Part shown: one piece after another, positions 23,332 through 35,721 of the stretch
Layout: every line of letters begins with the position of its first letter
Position numbering within the stretch: position 1 is the stretch's first letter
NCBI GenBank assembly: GCA_030390025.1
Contig: CM059432.1
Location: 86,616,001 to 86,680,000, forward strand
Source: Squalus acanthias
Lineage: Eukaryota
DNA length: 64,000 nucleotides
Direction of reading: 5' to 3'
Made by a program: the position numbers and the translations under genes
Notes under the pieces: model-generated
Told to the model about the DNA's origin: nothing
Database searches by the model: none
Seen by the model: the letters and a program-made list of their open reading frames with translations, nothing else

Positions 23332-23797
23332 CAGAAAGAAAGACTTGCATTTATATAGCGCCTTTCATGACCACTGGATGTCGCAAAGCGCTTTACAGCC
23401 AATTAAGTACTTTTGGCATGTAGTCACTGTTATGTGGGATACACAGCAGCCAATTTGCGCACAGCAAGCTCCCACAATCAGCAATGTGATAATGACCAGA
23501 TAATCTGTTTTTGTTATGTTGATTGAGGGATAAATATTGGCCAGGACACCAGGGATAACTCCCCTGCTCTTCTTTGAAATAGTGCCATGAGATCTTTTAC
23601 GTCCACCTGAGAGAGCAGACGGGGCCTCGGTTTAACATCTCATCCAAAAAATGGCACCTCCGACAGTGCAGCGCTCCCTCGGCACTGCACTGGAGTGTCA
23701 GCCTAGCTTTATGTGTTCAAGTCCCTGGAGTGGGACTTGAACCCACAACCTTCTGACTCAGAGGTGAGAGTGCTGCCCACTGGGCCACAGCTGACAC
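23332..23797 (-). mobile_element. tRNA-derived DeuSINE (SacSINE1-like) nested in the PLE
   Basis: tRNA-like head gtgtcagctgtggcccagtggg...ggttcaagtccc (A/B boxes), Deu-like core gctgcactgtcggaggtgcc...ttaaaccgaggcccc, and an L2-type tail ggcgctatataaatgcaagtctttctttc. Confidence 0.85.
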
Positions 23798-24721
23798 TAA
23801 TCGAAAGACGAGGTGCTGTTCCTCGAGCTTACATTGAGCTTCGTTGGAACAGTGTAAGAGGCCGAGGACAGAGAGGTCAGAGTGGGAGTGGAGCGGAAAA
23901 TTAAAGTGACAGGCAACCGGAAGCTCGGGGTCACGCTTATAGACTGAACGGAGGTGTTCTGCAAAGCCGTCACCCAAACTGCGTCTGGTCTCCCCAATGT
24001 TGAGGAGACCGCATCGTGAGCAGTGAATACAGTATACTATATTGAAAGAAGTAGAAGTAAATCGCTGTTTCACCTGGGAGGAGTGTTTGGGGCCCTGGAC
24101 AGTGGGAAGGGTGGAGGTAAAAGGGCATGTGTTGCATCTCCTGCGCTTGCACAGGAAGGTGCCGGGTGATGGGGAGGGGGTGTTGGGTGTGATTGAGGAG
24201 TGGACCAGGGTGTCGCGATGGGAACTGTCCCTTTGAAATGCTGAAAGGGGAGGTGAGGGGAGGGGAAGATGTGTTTGGTGGTGGGATCACGCTGGAGGTG
24301 GTGGAAATGGCAGTTGAATCCGTTGAATGTGGAGGCTGGTGGGGTGAAAAGTGAGACCAAGGGGAACCCTATCATGGTTCTGGGAGGGAGAGGAAGGGAT
24401 GAGAGCAGAAGTGCACTGAAATGGAATGGACACGGTCGAGGGCCCTGTCAACCACGGTATATGGAATATGGCATCATCAGAACAGATGAGACGGAGACGG
24501 AGAAACTGGGAGAATGGAATAGAGTCCTTACAGGAAGCGGGGTGGGAGGAAGTGTAGTCCAGGTAGCTGTGGGAGTCAGTGGGCTTATAGTGGATGTTCG
24601 TCGATAGCTTATCCCCAGAAATGGAGACAGAGAAGTCGATGAAGGGAAGAAATAAACCAGCAACCAACCTGTAAGTAGTTGATGATCCCTTTAAATAGCG
24701 CTGGGGGGGTCCTTCATGCTA

Positions 24722-24925
24722 CGATTTGGAATGCATTGCCCGATAGGATGGTGGATACAGATTTAATAGCCTTCAAAAGGGAATTGGATAAATACTTGAA
24801 GGAGAAAATATTTGCAGGAATACGAGGAAAAGCGGGGTAGTGGGACTAACTGAATTGCTCTTCGAAAGAGCCATCGCAGGCTCGATGGGCTGAATGGCTC
24901 CTGCTGTGCTGTACTATGATTCAAT
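24722..24925 (+). mobile_element. CR1 3' end fragment
   Basis: tggaatgcattgcc...ttcaaaagggaattggataaatac...gggctgaatggc...ctatgattc tail. Confidence 0.75.
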
Positions 24926-25086
24926 GACCCGCCTGCTGAGAGCAGATTGGTCGGCCGCCCCCGACCCGCCTCCATTAAAACTGGAAGTGGACAGTTGGAG
25001 GCAGTTTGGGATTGGGTTTGAGATCATTTATTTTTACATCCCACCTGCCCCCAACCCACCCGCCCGTTGGGATTAAAATTTCCCCC
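24926..25086. mobile_element. Terminal fragment of the non-autonomous Harbinger-like family seen at 34243
   Basis: Reverse complement of the start of the 34243 element (tttacatcccacc...cccaacccaccc...aaaatttcccc). Confidence 0.6.
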
Positions 25087-25979
25087 GAGGTCTCATTCGC
25101 TCCTCAGCTTTTCTGTGATGTGGGTTATGGGGAGGAAATGCTGAGGAGTGTCTCTGTTCAAATAGCAGCTGGCACATCAGACTATTCCACTGAGTATACT
25201 GCAGCACTAGGCTCATAGCGATTTTTGTTCCAGGGTTGGGTAGCTCTAGATTAGCTCCCAAGTTGGTCTGAAGTGCTGGCCCCCGCTGAAATTAATGGAG
25301 TTGCCCTTGGATACAGGTCGCCTCTCCTCATAACAAACATCACAGAGAACTGGAGCAGCACTTAATCCTTGAAATGGCAGCTATCCCGGAGCTAAGAACA
25401 GCAACAGAATTTTATAACTAAAATCATATATATTTGTGATCATTTTTTTCAGATGATTGAATAGAAATCCTTCCATTTACTTGTTTGCTGCTTTAAGGTT
25501 GCCTAAAAAATAGCATTATTGAAACTTATTTCTGATGTTAAGATCTGCTGGTGAAGTCCAGATTTTGTAACTTTTCAATTAGGCTTGACATTAAACTCCA
25601 GTTCCAATTTAGACTTCGGAAAAACATCTGCACAATCTTTACATGTTCACTATATAAACATTTACATTTAAAACACTGATATTCTTAACATTTACCCTAC
25701 TGAATAAACAGGAAGTCCACATGATGAAAAACAAATTCTGTTACTCGTTCTCTAAAATTTAACCAAAGCAGTTTCACACAGTCTGTTTACATACAGTGGA
25801 AACACTGTCATGCATCCCACATCAACATATTTCTAGCAGGATCAAGTTCTGTAAATCACTCGACAGAAACCCACTTCCCACAATAAGGTTAGAACATATA
25901 TTGTTCCATGTAAATCATTTAATGTGCTACAGACACAATGCTTTACAGAATATGTAGGTATATTCATTCTCACTTTATA

Positions 25980-26535
25980 CAGGTTGAGTGTCCTGAATCC
26001 GGCAACCTCGAGACCGAGGCCGAGCCGGTTTTCGTGTTTTTCCAGACTTCGGAATGTGTTTCTGCTGTCCGAAGTCCAGAAATATCGCAACCTGGGCTCG
26101 GGCGTTTCCGGACTTCGGACATCAGAAACACGTTCCGAGTCCGGAAATGCCTGGGCCGCTCCACGTAGCACTGACGCATTTCTCCGCCCCTCCCCTTCTG
26201 TTAAAGGGGAGGAACACTGCGAGCTCTGCAGAGCATCCGATGGCCCACACTAGGCCACCAGGGCAGCGTGGTGCCGTGGCCGCAGCCTGGCGGAAACACT
26301 TAGTGGAGCTGTGCAGATTAAGGAGGATAAAACACAACACTAAAGTTTTATTGCATCACTCGCATTTTTCATAGGATTTTTCAAAAAAAGACAACAAAAG
26401 TTAATGGCTTTTTGAAGTACAGGTTGAGCGTCCAAAATCCGGAGTTCCGGATTCCGGAACATTTTACGGATTCCGGACGACCCTGCCACCAATCGTCCCG
26501 GAGTCCAGAACTCCGGATTTTGGACGCTCAACCTG
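25980..26535. mobile_element. Tigger/pogo-type MITE with three TIR copies (inner 116-bp palindrome 26420-26535)
   Basis: TA|caggttgagtgtcc at 25980, TA|caggttgagcgtccaaaatccggagttc at 26420 and its perfect 28-bp inverse ending at 26535|TA. CpG-rich. Confidence 0.85.
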
Positions 26536-26559
26536 TAATAACACCCTCCTCACCTCTAG

Positions 26560-28030
26560 CATCAAAATTTACTGCCCTATTTCTAGCCTCCCCTTTCCCT
26601 TCAAGGTCTATGACCACATTGTTGCCACCAGCTATATGCTACCTCTCTCTGTACTCCCAATTCAAGTCCCGCCATTCCAGTTTCTGACTAGGCTACAAAA
26701 CCAAGACTACCCTGATCAAAATGTCCCACCCCCATGTGACTGTGCTTCATTGTTCTGTTTCACCCTCTTTGACAATGTCAACCACTCCATTCTCCAGCAT
26801 TGCGTCTCCTTCACGGTTCACCTCTGTAGCATGTTCTTTCATGCACTCATTGCACCTACTCCAATACACTAGCATAGTCACCTCTAATGCGCCTAAACTA
26901 ATCCTTAGTCCCCACCTATTCATTTATATGCTATTCCTGAAGGGATCAATTAAATATTGGGAAGACTGAAGCCATTGTTTTCAGTCCCCACCACAAACTC
27001 CGTTCCCTAGCCACTGACTCCATCCCTCTCCCTAACATCGGTCTGAGGCTGAACGACACTGTTCGCAAACTTGGTGTCATATTTGACCCTGAAATGAGCT
27101 ACCGACCACATATCCGCAGAATAACAAAGACCGCCTACTTCCACCTCCGTTACATCGTCCGTCTCCACCCTTGCCTCAGCTCATCCGCTGCTGAAACCCT
27201 CATCCATGCCTTTGTTACCTCTAGACTTGACTATTCCAACGCACTCCTGACTGGCCTCCCACATTCTACCCTACGTTAACCTGAGGTCATCCAAAACTCG
27301 GCTGCCCGTGTCCTAACTCGCACCAAATCCCGTTCACCCATCACCCCTGTGCTCGCTGACCTACATTGACTCCCGGTTAAGCAGCGCCTCGATTTCAAAA
27401 TTCTCATCCTTGTTTTCAAATCCCTCCATGGCCTCGCCCCTCCTATCTCTGTAATCTCCTCAGCCCCACAACCCCCCGAGATATCTGCGCTCCTCTAATT
27501 CTGCCCTCTTGAGCATCCCTGATTATAATCGCTCAACCTTTGGTGGCCGTGCCTTCTGTTGCCTGGGCCCTAAGCTGTGGAATTCCCTGCCTAAACCTGT
27601 CCGCCTCGCTACCTCTCTTTCCTCCTTTAAGACGCTCCTTAAAACCTACCTCTTTGACCAAGCTTTTGGTCATCTGCCCTAATTTATCCTTATGCGGATC
27701 GGTGTCACATTTTTTGCCTTAAAATACTCCTGTGCAGCGCCTTGGGACGTTTTACTACGTTAACGGCGCTATATAAATATAAGTTGTTGTTGCTGGATCA
27801 TTTACAAGCACTGGGCCAGTTTCCAAATGAATGCTGATGATGCCCAACTTTGCCTCTCCGCCAGCATCACTGACTCCAGAGTTGCTGCTATACTATCTGA
27901 TTACCTATCCGACATCAAGTCCTGAGTGAATTGAGATATACTACACCTCAACATCAGCAAAATGAAAGCCATCCTGTTCAGCTCTGACTTATAGCCCTAT
28001 CTCAACCAAAATGCTATCTAATCCAAAATT
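26560..28030 (+). mobile_element. Old degraded L2 RT remnant, interrupted by a younger L2
   Basis: Remnant motifs: ctttgacaatgtcaaccactccattctcc (FDxVNHSILL), atgctgatgatgcccaactt (YADDTQL-like) and ctcaacatcagcaaaat. Confidence 0.6.
26949..27794 (+). mobile_element. L2 LINE 3' end with 6-bp TSD
   Basis: L2 C-terminal peptides (LIHAFVTSRLDYSNALL) and tail ggcgctatataaatataagttgttgttg. TSD ggatca at 26943-26948 and 27795-27800. Confidence 0.9.
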
Positions 28031-28224
28031 CTGTGACCCCAAAGATTTCCATACTCGCCAGTTTTCATCAAGCTCCATTGATTCCCTTTCCTCCAAACCT
28101 CCTCCACAGTTTCACCCCACCCTTTTTGAGGAATCTTCTGCATCATATGTCTCAGTCCACGCTCTCCACTCTTTTCTCTTGGCCAGCTGAATGTCTGACA
28201 TACAGAGAAACTCACCACTATGGT

Positions 28225-28536
28225 TATCTGCGCTCCTCTAATTCTGGCCTCTTGAGCATCCCTGATTTTAATTGTTCAACCATTGGTGGCCGTGCCTTCA
28301 GCTGCCAAGGCCCTAAGCTCTTGAATTCCCTCCCTAAAACTCTCCGCCTCTCTTGCTCTCTTTCCTCCTTTAAGACGTTCCTTAAAACCTACCTCTTTGA
28401 CCAAGCTTTTGATCATCTGCCCTAATTTCTCTTTATGAGGCTCGGTGTCAAATTTTGTATTATAATGCTCTTGTGAAGCACCTTGGGACGTTTTATTACA
28501 TTAAAGGTGCTATATAAATACAAGTTGTTGTTGTTG
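28225..28536 (+). mobile_element. L2 3' tail fragment
   Basis: Homologous to 27482-27792; (gtt)n tail. Confidence 0.85.
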
Positions 28537-29521
28537 CTAAAACATCTCCAAAACAAGCATCAAGAAATGCACCCAGGTAGAGTTTCTGTTTGTCTCATCA
28601 TGGACTCTCTACCCAAGGGACCCACCCCATTAACTCAAGCCCAGATGGCTTAAGTGCAGGTTAGCCTCTCTGGGATGCATGCTATTATCTACTTTGTTAA
28701 GAGGGGTTGATTTACCTCTAATTCTTCACACAATGTGATTCTACCCTCAGCCTTGCTGTCAGGGGAAGAAGCCAACCAATAGCTTGATGCTTCCCTACAA
28801 TGAAATGGCATTCAGCCCAGTGTCATTTCCACGCACCCGTTAGGAAGCAGTTACAGAGTAGCACTTGATCCTGGGAACATGTCACTCATTTTTCTTGATA
28901 TACATCAGTGCTTGGTTCAGGGAAAGTTAAGAGAGACAGTAGTAAAATATATTTACACAATAAAACTAAGTTGATATGCAAAAATAAAGTTAGAAAATAT
29001 TTATTTATCTTTCAGATAGTCCACTTTTTATTTTCCTCCAAACAAAACTTCTCAATGACATTAAAGATCATTGTGTAGCTTCCCCCAATGGTGTAATGGG
29101 CAAAGGCAATGCCTGGATTAGAACTACGCTATCGAAATCAGTTTTGTGTTGAATTAGCTGATCTCATGTAAGGCGGCAGTTGGAGCATGGGTCTCAGCAC
29201 CCCGGGCGACAAAAAGAAAATGTCTGCCAGGTTTTCTGCTCCTGATCTGTATCAAAAACAGGACTGGGTTCAGCTGTGAAAAGCCTACACAATGGCCACT
29301 TCAGCGATGTACCGGAGAGCTGCCCACACTCATTGAACTTACCCCAGTAAGAATCAACACCTTCAGTACAAAAGGTGAGAAAAATGGAAGAAAAGTTCTG
29401 TGGTAGAAACATATTGCTAGAGGACACACGGTTAAATCTTGAACACTTTAAGAGAGGCTAAGTTATGAAACTAATGCAGATAATATAGAGATTTACTTCC
29501 GACTGATTGAAAAATATTTAC

Positions 29522-29681
29522 CTGAGGTGCCTTTTCTGGAATAGGCTCATCACGAAGAGCTTGAAGGGCTTTCATAGCAGCATTGTGTCTAGCAGCTTGA
29601 CGGGTCCGTCCTTCTCCAATAAATTCTGTATTCCCCACAAGCAGCTGGACATAAAATAATTTAGGAGCTGGATAATGGTAC
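29522..29681 (-). CDS. stau2: Staufen homolog 2 internal coding exon (160 nt), C-terminal half of split dsRBD2: (R)YHYPAPKLFYVQLLVGNTEFIGEGRTRQAARHNAAMKALQALRDEPIPEKAPQ
   Basis: The translation closely matches STAU2 as I recall it (YHCPVPKIFYVQLTVGNNEFFGEGKTRQAARHNAAMKALQALQNEPIPERSPQ) and matches STAU1 much less well. Splice sites are canonical on the minus strand: acceptor tcaacacag|GTACCAT, donor CCTCAG|gtaaat. The exon starts with the last base of a split codon and ends in phase 0. Confidence 0.96.
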
Positions 29682-30312
29682 CTGTGTTGAGCAGAAGCCA
29701 ACAAACATATTTAGACACAAGAAGAATTCACCTTGTCTTTGTTAACAATGATCACTTTATTTCACCATGCAGCTTTTGTGAATTCTGAGACAATTAACAA
29801 TTAAACAATAGCTGGCTGTTGCCAGCTGGTCTTGTACTTGTAACTGTAGATAAAACAGAGCATTTACTAGGGTGCCAGAGGGGAGGGCGTTTCCAACCTT
29901 GGCCAAGTTGTCACGGGAGATATCCAGTGGAGACCAGCACTTCCCCCATAGGGAGGAAGGTGAATTAAAAAAATCAGATGCTGTCACACATCACAAAGAA
30001 TTACAAGGGAGCATTCAATGGAATGCAAAACATCCTCGTCTCAATGTTGTTCTGGTATTTTAACAGTTTTTTTAACTGTATGGCTCTATTTAAAATGGAA
30101 CATTGCTAATGCCCCAAATATGTGAAAAACTGTGATTTGTTACGAAACACCAGCCATTTGTAACCAAAAAATATGGCAGACCCGTCCCCACCAGTACTGT
30201 ACCCCAGTGTTATACAGCTCAAAATGCTTCTGCCAGACAGATCCCAAATTTGGAAGGACAGAATGCAAGTGTGTAGTTCAGAATGGAAGAGATGAATCCG
30301 GAATATTACGGT

Positions 30313-30339
30313 GGGGGGGGGGGGGGGGGGGGGGGGGGG
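30313..30339 (+). repeat. Poly-G homopolymer (G27)
   Basis: Direct observation. Confidence 0.95.
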
Positions 30340-30889
30340 ATGAGGGCTATAGGGTCTTTCTGAATGGACAACTCCCCAGTCTGTAATTATCTTGTGAATC
30401 TAGAACTGTATGGCTGTTGTTCACAGTTAAACTGGACAACCTCCTCCACCGCTGTTACACTGCACAGAAAGTGTAGTAACAGTAGCAGAGTTTGTGGTTG
30501 GCGCAAGTGGAAATCCTTGGACCATCTAGTCTGTATGCCTTATTACTACACCTTTATCAATTAGAACATTGGGGAAGCTATATGAACAACGTTTTAACCC
30601 AGTCAATAATCATGAATAGAATCAAAATAAATATGGCAAGTGAGGAGATGCAAAATGTAAACTAAATGGAGGATTATGCTGGAGGAGGAATCGAAACTGC
30701 CAATATTGAACTCATGATTTACTTACAAATCCCATATAAGGTACTGTTACTTGTGGGTTATACACTAGGCCTCAAATTGAACATTTATTGTATTCAGCAT
30801 GACCCTGTTGCATATTCATTTTATACCATAAACTCCAGGACACCTCTCCATTGAAATGGCTACAGTTTAAATGCAATTTACACAGGTAA

Positions 30890-31278
30890 ACCTGAGCTCA
30901 TCCAAAACACTCTGCTGTCCGTATCTTAACTTGCACCAATTCTGCTCACCCATCACCACTGTGCTCGCTGACCTACATTGGCTCTCGGTCTGGCAACACT
31001 TCAATTTTAAAATTCTCATCCTTGTTTTCAAATCAATCCATGGCCTTGCTCCTCCTTATCTCTAATTTCTTCCAGCCCTACAACCCTCCGAGATCTCTGT
31101 GCTCCTCCAATTCTTGCCTCTTGTGCATCCCTGATTTTCTTCACTCCACCATTGGCGGCCGGGGTTTCAGCTGCCAAGGCCCTAAGCTCTGGAATTCCCT
31201 CCCTAAACCTTTCCACCTCTCCCTCTTCCTTCAAGACGCTTCTTAAAACCTACCTCTTTGACCAAGCTTTTGGTCATG
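30890..31278 (+). mobile_element. L2 3' fragment
   Basis: Homologous to 27280-27670 (SPITTVLADLHWL...FKILILVFKS). Confidence 0.85.
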
Positions 31279-34242
31279 CATACTTCATAAAAAGATTTAA
31301 ATTTTGAAAATTACAATTAGGCTAACTTCTGAAGGTTAGATCTTTTGGAGCCATCTGGAGGCATCATTGAGTTAAGATAACTGGAAGAAACATCATCAAT
31401 TTTACATCTCTGGTTTCCTCTGAAGTGCTAATAATTTCCTGTCTTTCTCTTCAATTTGTCCAACCTTCTTACCCAGTTAACAATTCAGGCGGTTACACCA
31501 ACAAACATTTATGGTAATATTGGCAATTTTTCCTTTTAAATGTATATCACATTTCTCGATTTTTGACCACTTGTTGCACAGAAAAGATTTAGAAAAAGAG
31601 TTGTGCTGGGGGTTTTAAAAGCAATGTATATTCTCAAGAGACACCTAGATGAAATATGGTGAACATGCTGATCAGCAGTTGCTTCTCCCAGAAACCAAAC
31701 AATAAGCGATTCATGAGTTTGTCTGGGTATTTCAAAAGTTATCTCTGACTATTGTATTGGAAAACCTTTTGATCTCTGTTGGTCTGCAAGAGGGACGAGC
31801 TTTTTCGCATAGTGAGAGGGACTTTTGAAAATCGGTGCACGGATACCAATAGGACAGTCGGACTTTTGGAACCAGAAGCTGCAGGCAAAAGACATGGGAC
31901 TGCAGGGATAGTGGTTCTGCTCTGGGCAGTAGGACAGGATGCTGAGGGATTATTCTGTTTAGGTTAAGTAAGATGCCTCACCAAAGTGGGAAAATATTAT
32001 GCATTCATTATTTTGTATATTATTATGCAACGGCAAGTTATATCGATTGAATTAAGGAAATCTGATCATAACTACTGCTCTGTACATTCACCATAACTGT
32101 GGAATAAAGCAGCTTAATAATTCAAACAAAGCATTGCCTCACCTAGTTTAGCTCAAGTCTGCCTTCAGCGAGATTGAAGAGATATGTGTGCAAAAGACAC
32201 TCGTATCCAGATCACAAGAGGGTATTATTGTTACATTCCCAAGTTATGCTATCATACAAGTAGGTATAGGGCAGTGTGAGTCAACGCCCACTGAATAAGA
32301 TGCTTAGATCATTTAAGTGAGTGACTGACGTCACTGAACTTGAGAAGGTATGCGAGATAGGCCCTGATTTGTAATAGTGTGTTTTCTTTAAAGTTCAATT
32401 TCATGTCAACTTAAAAAAAGTCCATAAATTATCCTAATCCCACTGTTTCACATTCTGAACAGTCTCTCATACTCTGGTGATACTGGCACAAGTAACCAGC
32501 GCTGAAATCAGCTGCATTTTGACCTGTGTGGTCTCATACAGCCATTCTAAGTCATGGGTACCAAAGTAAGCTGGCTCTTGTCAGGAGCCAGCTTCACACT
32601 GATGTAAATTTTGATTATGGCAGTAACTCACTGGGGTCTCCAAGCCTAACCCATATATTCTGCCCACTTTCCAGTGCACCCGCTCCACATTTTAATATAG
32701 ATCTTAAAATTAATTCAGCCATGCCAATATACTCATTTGTCTGTGCCTATGAGCTTTAAAAACTACACTGGAAGCCCCGTGAATTGCTCTTTTTAGAGGA
32801 ACTATGTGACTGGGACAACTCCACTAATCCATCTTTAGCAATCATATAACTGAGCCTCAATTATGGTAACTGGCTTTGGATCTGTAATTTCTGAATTTTC
32901 TACGCAGCTCTACTGTGGATTTAAAACTCTTTTCAAATCTGTGTTTTGTTCATTTTCACCCTTACATTCACTTTTTCAATACATACTTGCAATGATTTCA
33001 TTAAACTCTGTGAAAACAACTGACACTCGATTGCTCTTTTGTACTTAATTGTAGATACAAATTTTATGTATTCCAGTTAACGTAGATTAGTTATTACAGT
33101 CTCAAATTTTAATTGTTTCTAAAAACTCATTCTATCCAAGCTTGCCTGAAAGTGTCCTTTAATTGTGTGTATGTGAGTGAGAGATCACTCTACTGGGTTC
33201 ATTCAATACAGTCTTTTTACACCCTCCTCCTATTGATTTCCTCAAAGTGAATGAATACATAAAGCAGAAAGGCATCAGTTAACTTTTATTTTCTGTGAGC
33301 CAATTTGAAAGTTAAAAATAAAAACACATAAAAAGCACTAAATAGAATTCATAATTTTGAGAGTATAATTGGTTTCTCAATGTCTAAACCCTTTTGTGAT
33401 AATTAAACATTGTAAGTAACAGTCTACTCTTCAAAAATAGCAAGTTTTGGCTGTCAACAGGATGCATGAATAAGTCATAAAGATTATAGAAACACAACAT
33501 GCAGTCTGGAATCATTCACCTTTCTCAGCTGCCGTTTAAGTCTCAGTTTTAGCTTTTTAGTTAATGTTTCTTAGCGTTGACACAAGGATTTGTACTTTGC
33601 CCACTTGAATTGTGTCTGGAAAGAGCACCTTGAGCTATGTAACACTAGGGTGAAAACCTGCTGATTTTACGTGTCTACTACTAAGAGTGGTTGTGCTAGG
33701 AACAATTAGGTGGTGAATTCATGCCTCATTTATACTATGTGGATGCTTCTGACAGCAAGAATGCTGCATTCCTGTAGTACAAATAGTCCAACAATGCCAT
33801 TATTGGAGCTAGTTTTCCTACATTGCTTCCAACTGGAATTGCTGCTGGTAGCAACCACACCCGTGACACAGAGGTTGGTTGACCATTTGGGAGTCTGGCC
33901 ACAGTTATCAGCCTACTCACACAAGCTAGCAATGTGCTTTCAGTAGTGCTGACTTGGACGGACCTTCCCTTGACATTGAAGAAGTTGCAAATTTGACTGC
34001 ACTAACTGCACGTGAAATTCACGTATGCAATAACATTAAAGTTACGTTTTGCAACTTACAGTCTAAAAGGAGCATATTTAGCACATTAGAAATGCATATA
34101 ATTTCACTGAAAGAAATTCACAAATATAAAGGAATATAATAGTATCATGCAAGAAGCGTAGTGGCAGAACATTAAAGCACATTGGCTCAACTGATTTTTC
34201 TCATTCACTGATACTAATGTGCTAAATAAGCCAAAGACATTG

Positions 34243-34958
34243 ATGGGAATTTTAACCCCCAAAAACGGGTGGGTTTGGGTTGGGTGGGATGTAAAATTGT
34301 TTTTAAATCTCAAACCCGACCTGAACCCGGCTCGAACCCACCCACTTCCAGTTCTAACAGAGGCGGGACAGGGGGTGGGGGGATGCGACGGGCAACCAAT
34401 CCACTCCCAGGAGACGGGTTGGTCATTTAAATATTTTAATGCGGCTGTGTGCCTTAGATTTTATCTCCATTTTAAAATTAACTCGGCAGCTAAAGGGAGG
34501 CGAGGACTGCTGCGTGGAAGAGGTAAGTGCCTTTCCAGCACTGCTTGTGGACCAGGGGGAGCAGGAGTGCTTCCTCCCAGACTCCCAAGCTAACCTGCTT
34601 CCCTCCCCGCGAGCGGATACCCCCCCCACCCCGATATCACCGACCCGCTCCCTTCCTCAATCACCGACTCCCCCCCCATCTCTGCCCCAATCTCTCTCTG
34701 ACTCCCCGCGATCACCCTCCCCCCCAACCCACTCTGTATCCGCCCCCCCGATCTCTACCCCAGCAACACGACCATACCTGCTCCTGGGTTGCACCCCCTG
34801 CTGCAGCATTCCCCGCCCGACAGGGAGCCAAGCCTGTTAATCAGACTGGCTTCCGGGCGGGGATCCTGTTTAAAGAAGGCACGCACGCTGCGGAGTCTAA
34901 ACTCCACAGCGTTCGGCCCAACCAGAACACCTCCCCCATACTTGGAAATCCCGCCCCA
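34243..34958. mobile_element. Non-autonomous Harbinger-like MITE
   Basis: GC-rich island with termini gggaattttaacccc ... ggaaatcccgcccc and a pyrimidine-rich interior. A homologous end is at 24926-25086. Confidence 0.6.
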
Positions 34959-35721
34959 GTAAATAACGGGCCCATTGCTTCTTTAAATGACAAATAAATG
35001 CATACAAATTAAATGAACAAATTTTGGTTAGTATACTGGTTTAGGTCTGTTTGAATGCCATAAAAGGTAACTTATTAACTATCAAACATTTTTTGCAGAA
35101 GTGTCACATGCTGTATGATTTGTAAATCAACCCATATAAATACACATCTGAGCCATGCATGAACTGCAAGACATCTTTACCTTATGCCCCTTTTAAATAT
35201 TTTTTAATTTGTTCTTGGGATGTGGATTACACTGGCAATGCAGCATTTATTGCCTACCCTTAGTTGCTCTGAGGACATTAAGAGTCAGCCATATAGTGTG
35301 GCGCTGGAGTCACTTGTAGGCCAGACCAGGTAGAGGTTGCATGTTCCCTTCCCTGAGGATATAAGTGAACCAGCTGGATTTTTACAATCCACCAGCTTTC
35401 ATAGGCAATTCTTATTTCCTGCAAAGTAACTAAAAGAATATTTATACCAATTTATAGTTTTCTTTTAACTCTTAAATGCATCAGCTATACAAAAATCAAA
35501 CCTTCCAGTGCACTAACTTTTTATATAGCATACCCCTTCATGTTAAGGATCATTAGTCAGTTTTTATAGCCAATTTTAAAAACTGGGGCCAAAAACGTAG
35601 GTAATTTTGCAGAAAATTATAAAAATTAGCTTTTATTTGGAACATCACTAAAACTCAAAAAAACAAGTGTGAGACCAATGTAAAAGTACAACGAAGCTAA
35701 ATGACAACTCATAATTATTTA

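Larger units (their letters stand above)
22920..24645 (-). mobile_element. Penelope-like element (RT C-terminus + GIY-YIG endonuclease, pLTR), 5'-truncated, 14-bp TSD
   Basis: Peptides TNIHYKPTDSHSYLDYTSSHP...PFSQFLRLRLICSDD and NIVYCIHCSRCGLLNIGETRRSLGDGFAEH. TSD gaagaaataaacca at 22906-22919 and 24646-24659. Confidence 0.92.
18372..24720 (+). mobile_element. PIF/Harbinger element remnant with Myb/SANT gene, interrupted by LINE, LTR, PLE and SINE
   Basis: Left end agggggttaaattgg resembles the ends at 54586 and 47501. Myb exon 1 MADHGREWAPRFSDAALEVLVEEVERRRDVLYP...RTWMQCRRKCNDLTRVVK|gt (18673-18922); exon 2 EKVAHN at ~19173; exon 3 remnant at ~21980-22620. Confidence 0.85.

Noticed and set aside
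29471..29704. 77-aa ORF as a stand-alone gene
   Set aside because: Only 29522-29681 is coding, bounded by splice sites; the flanking residues are intronic read-through.
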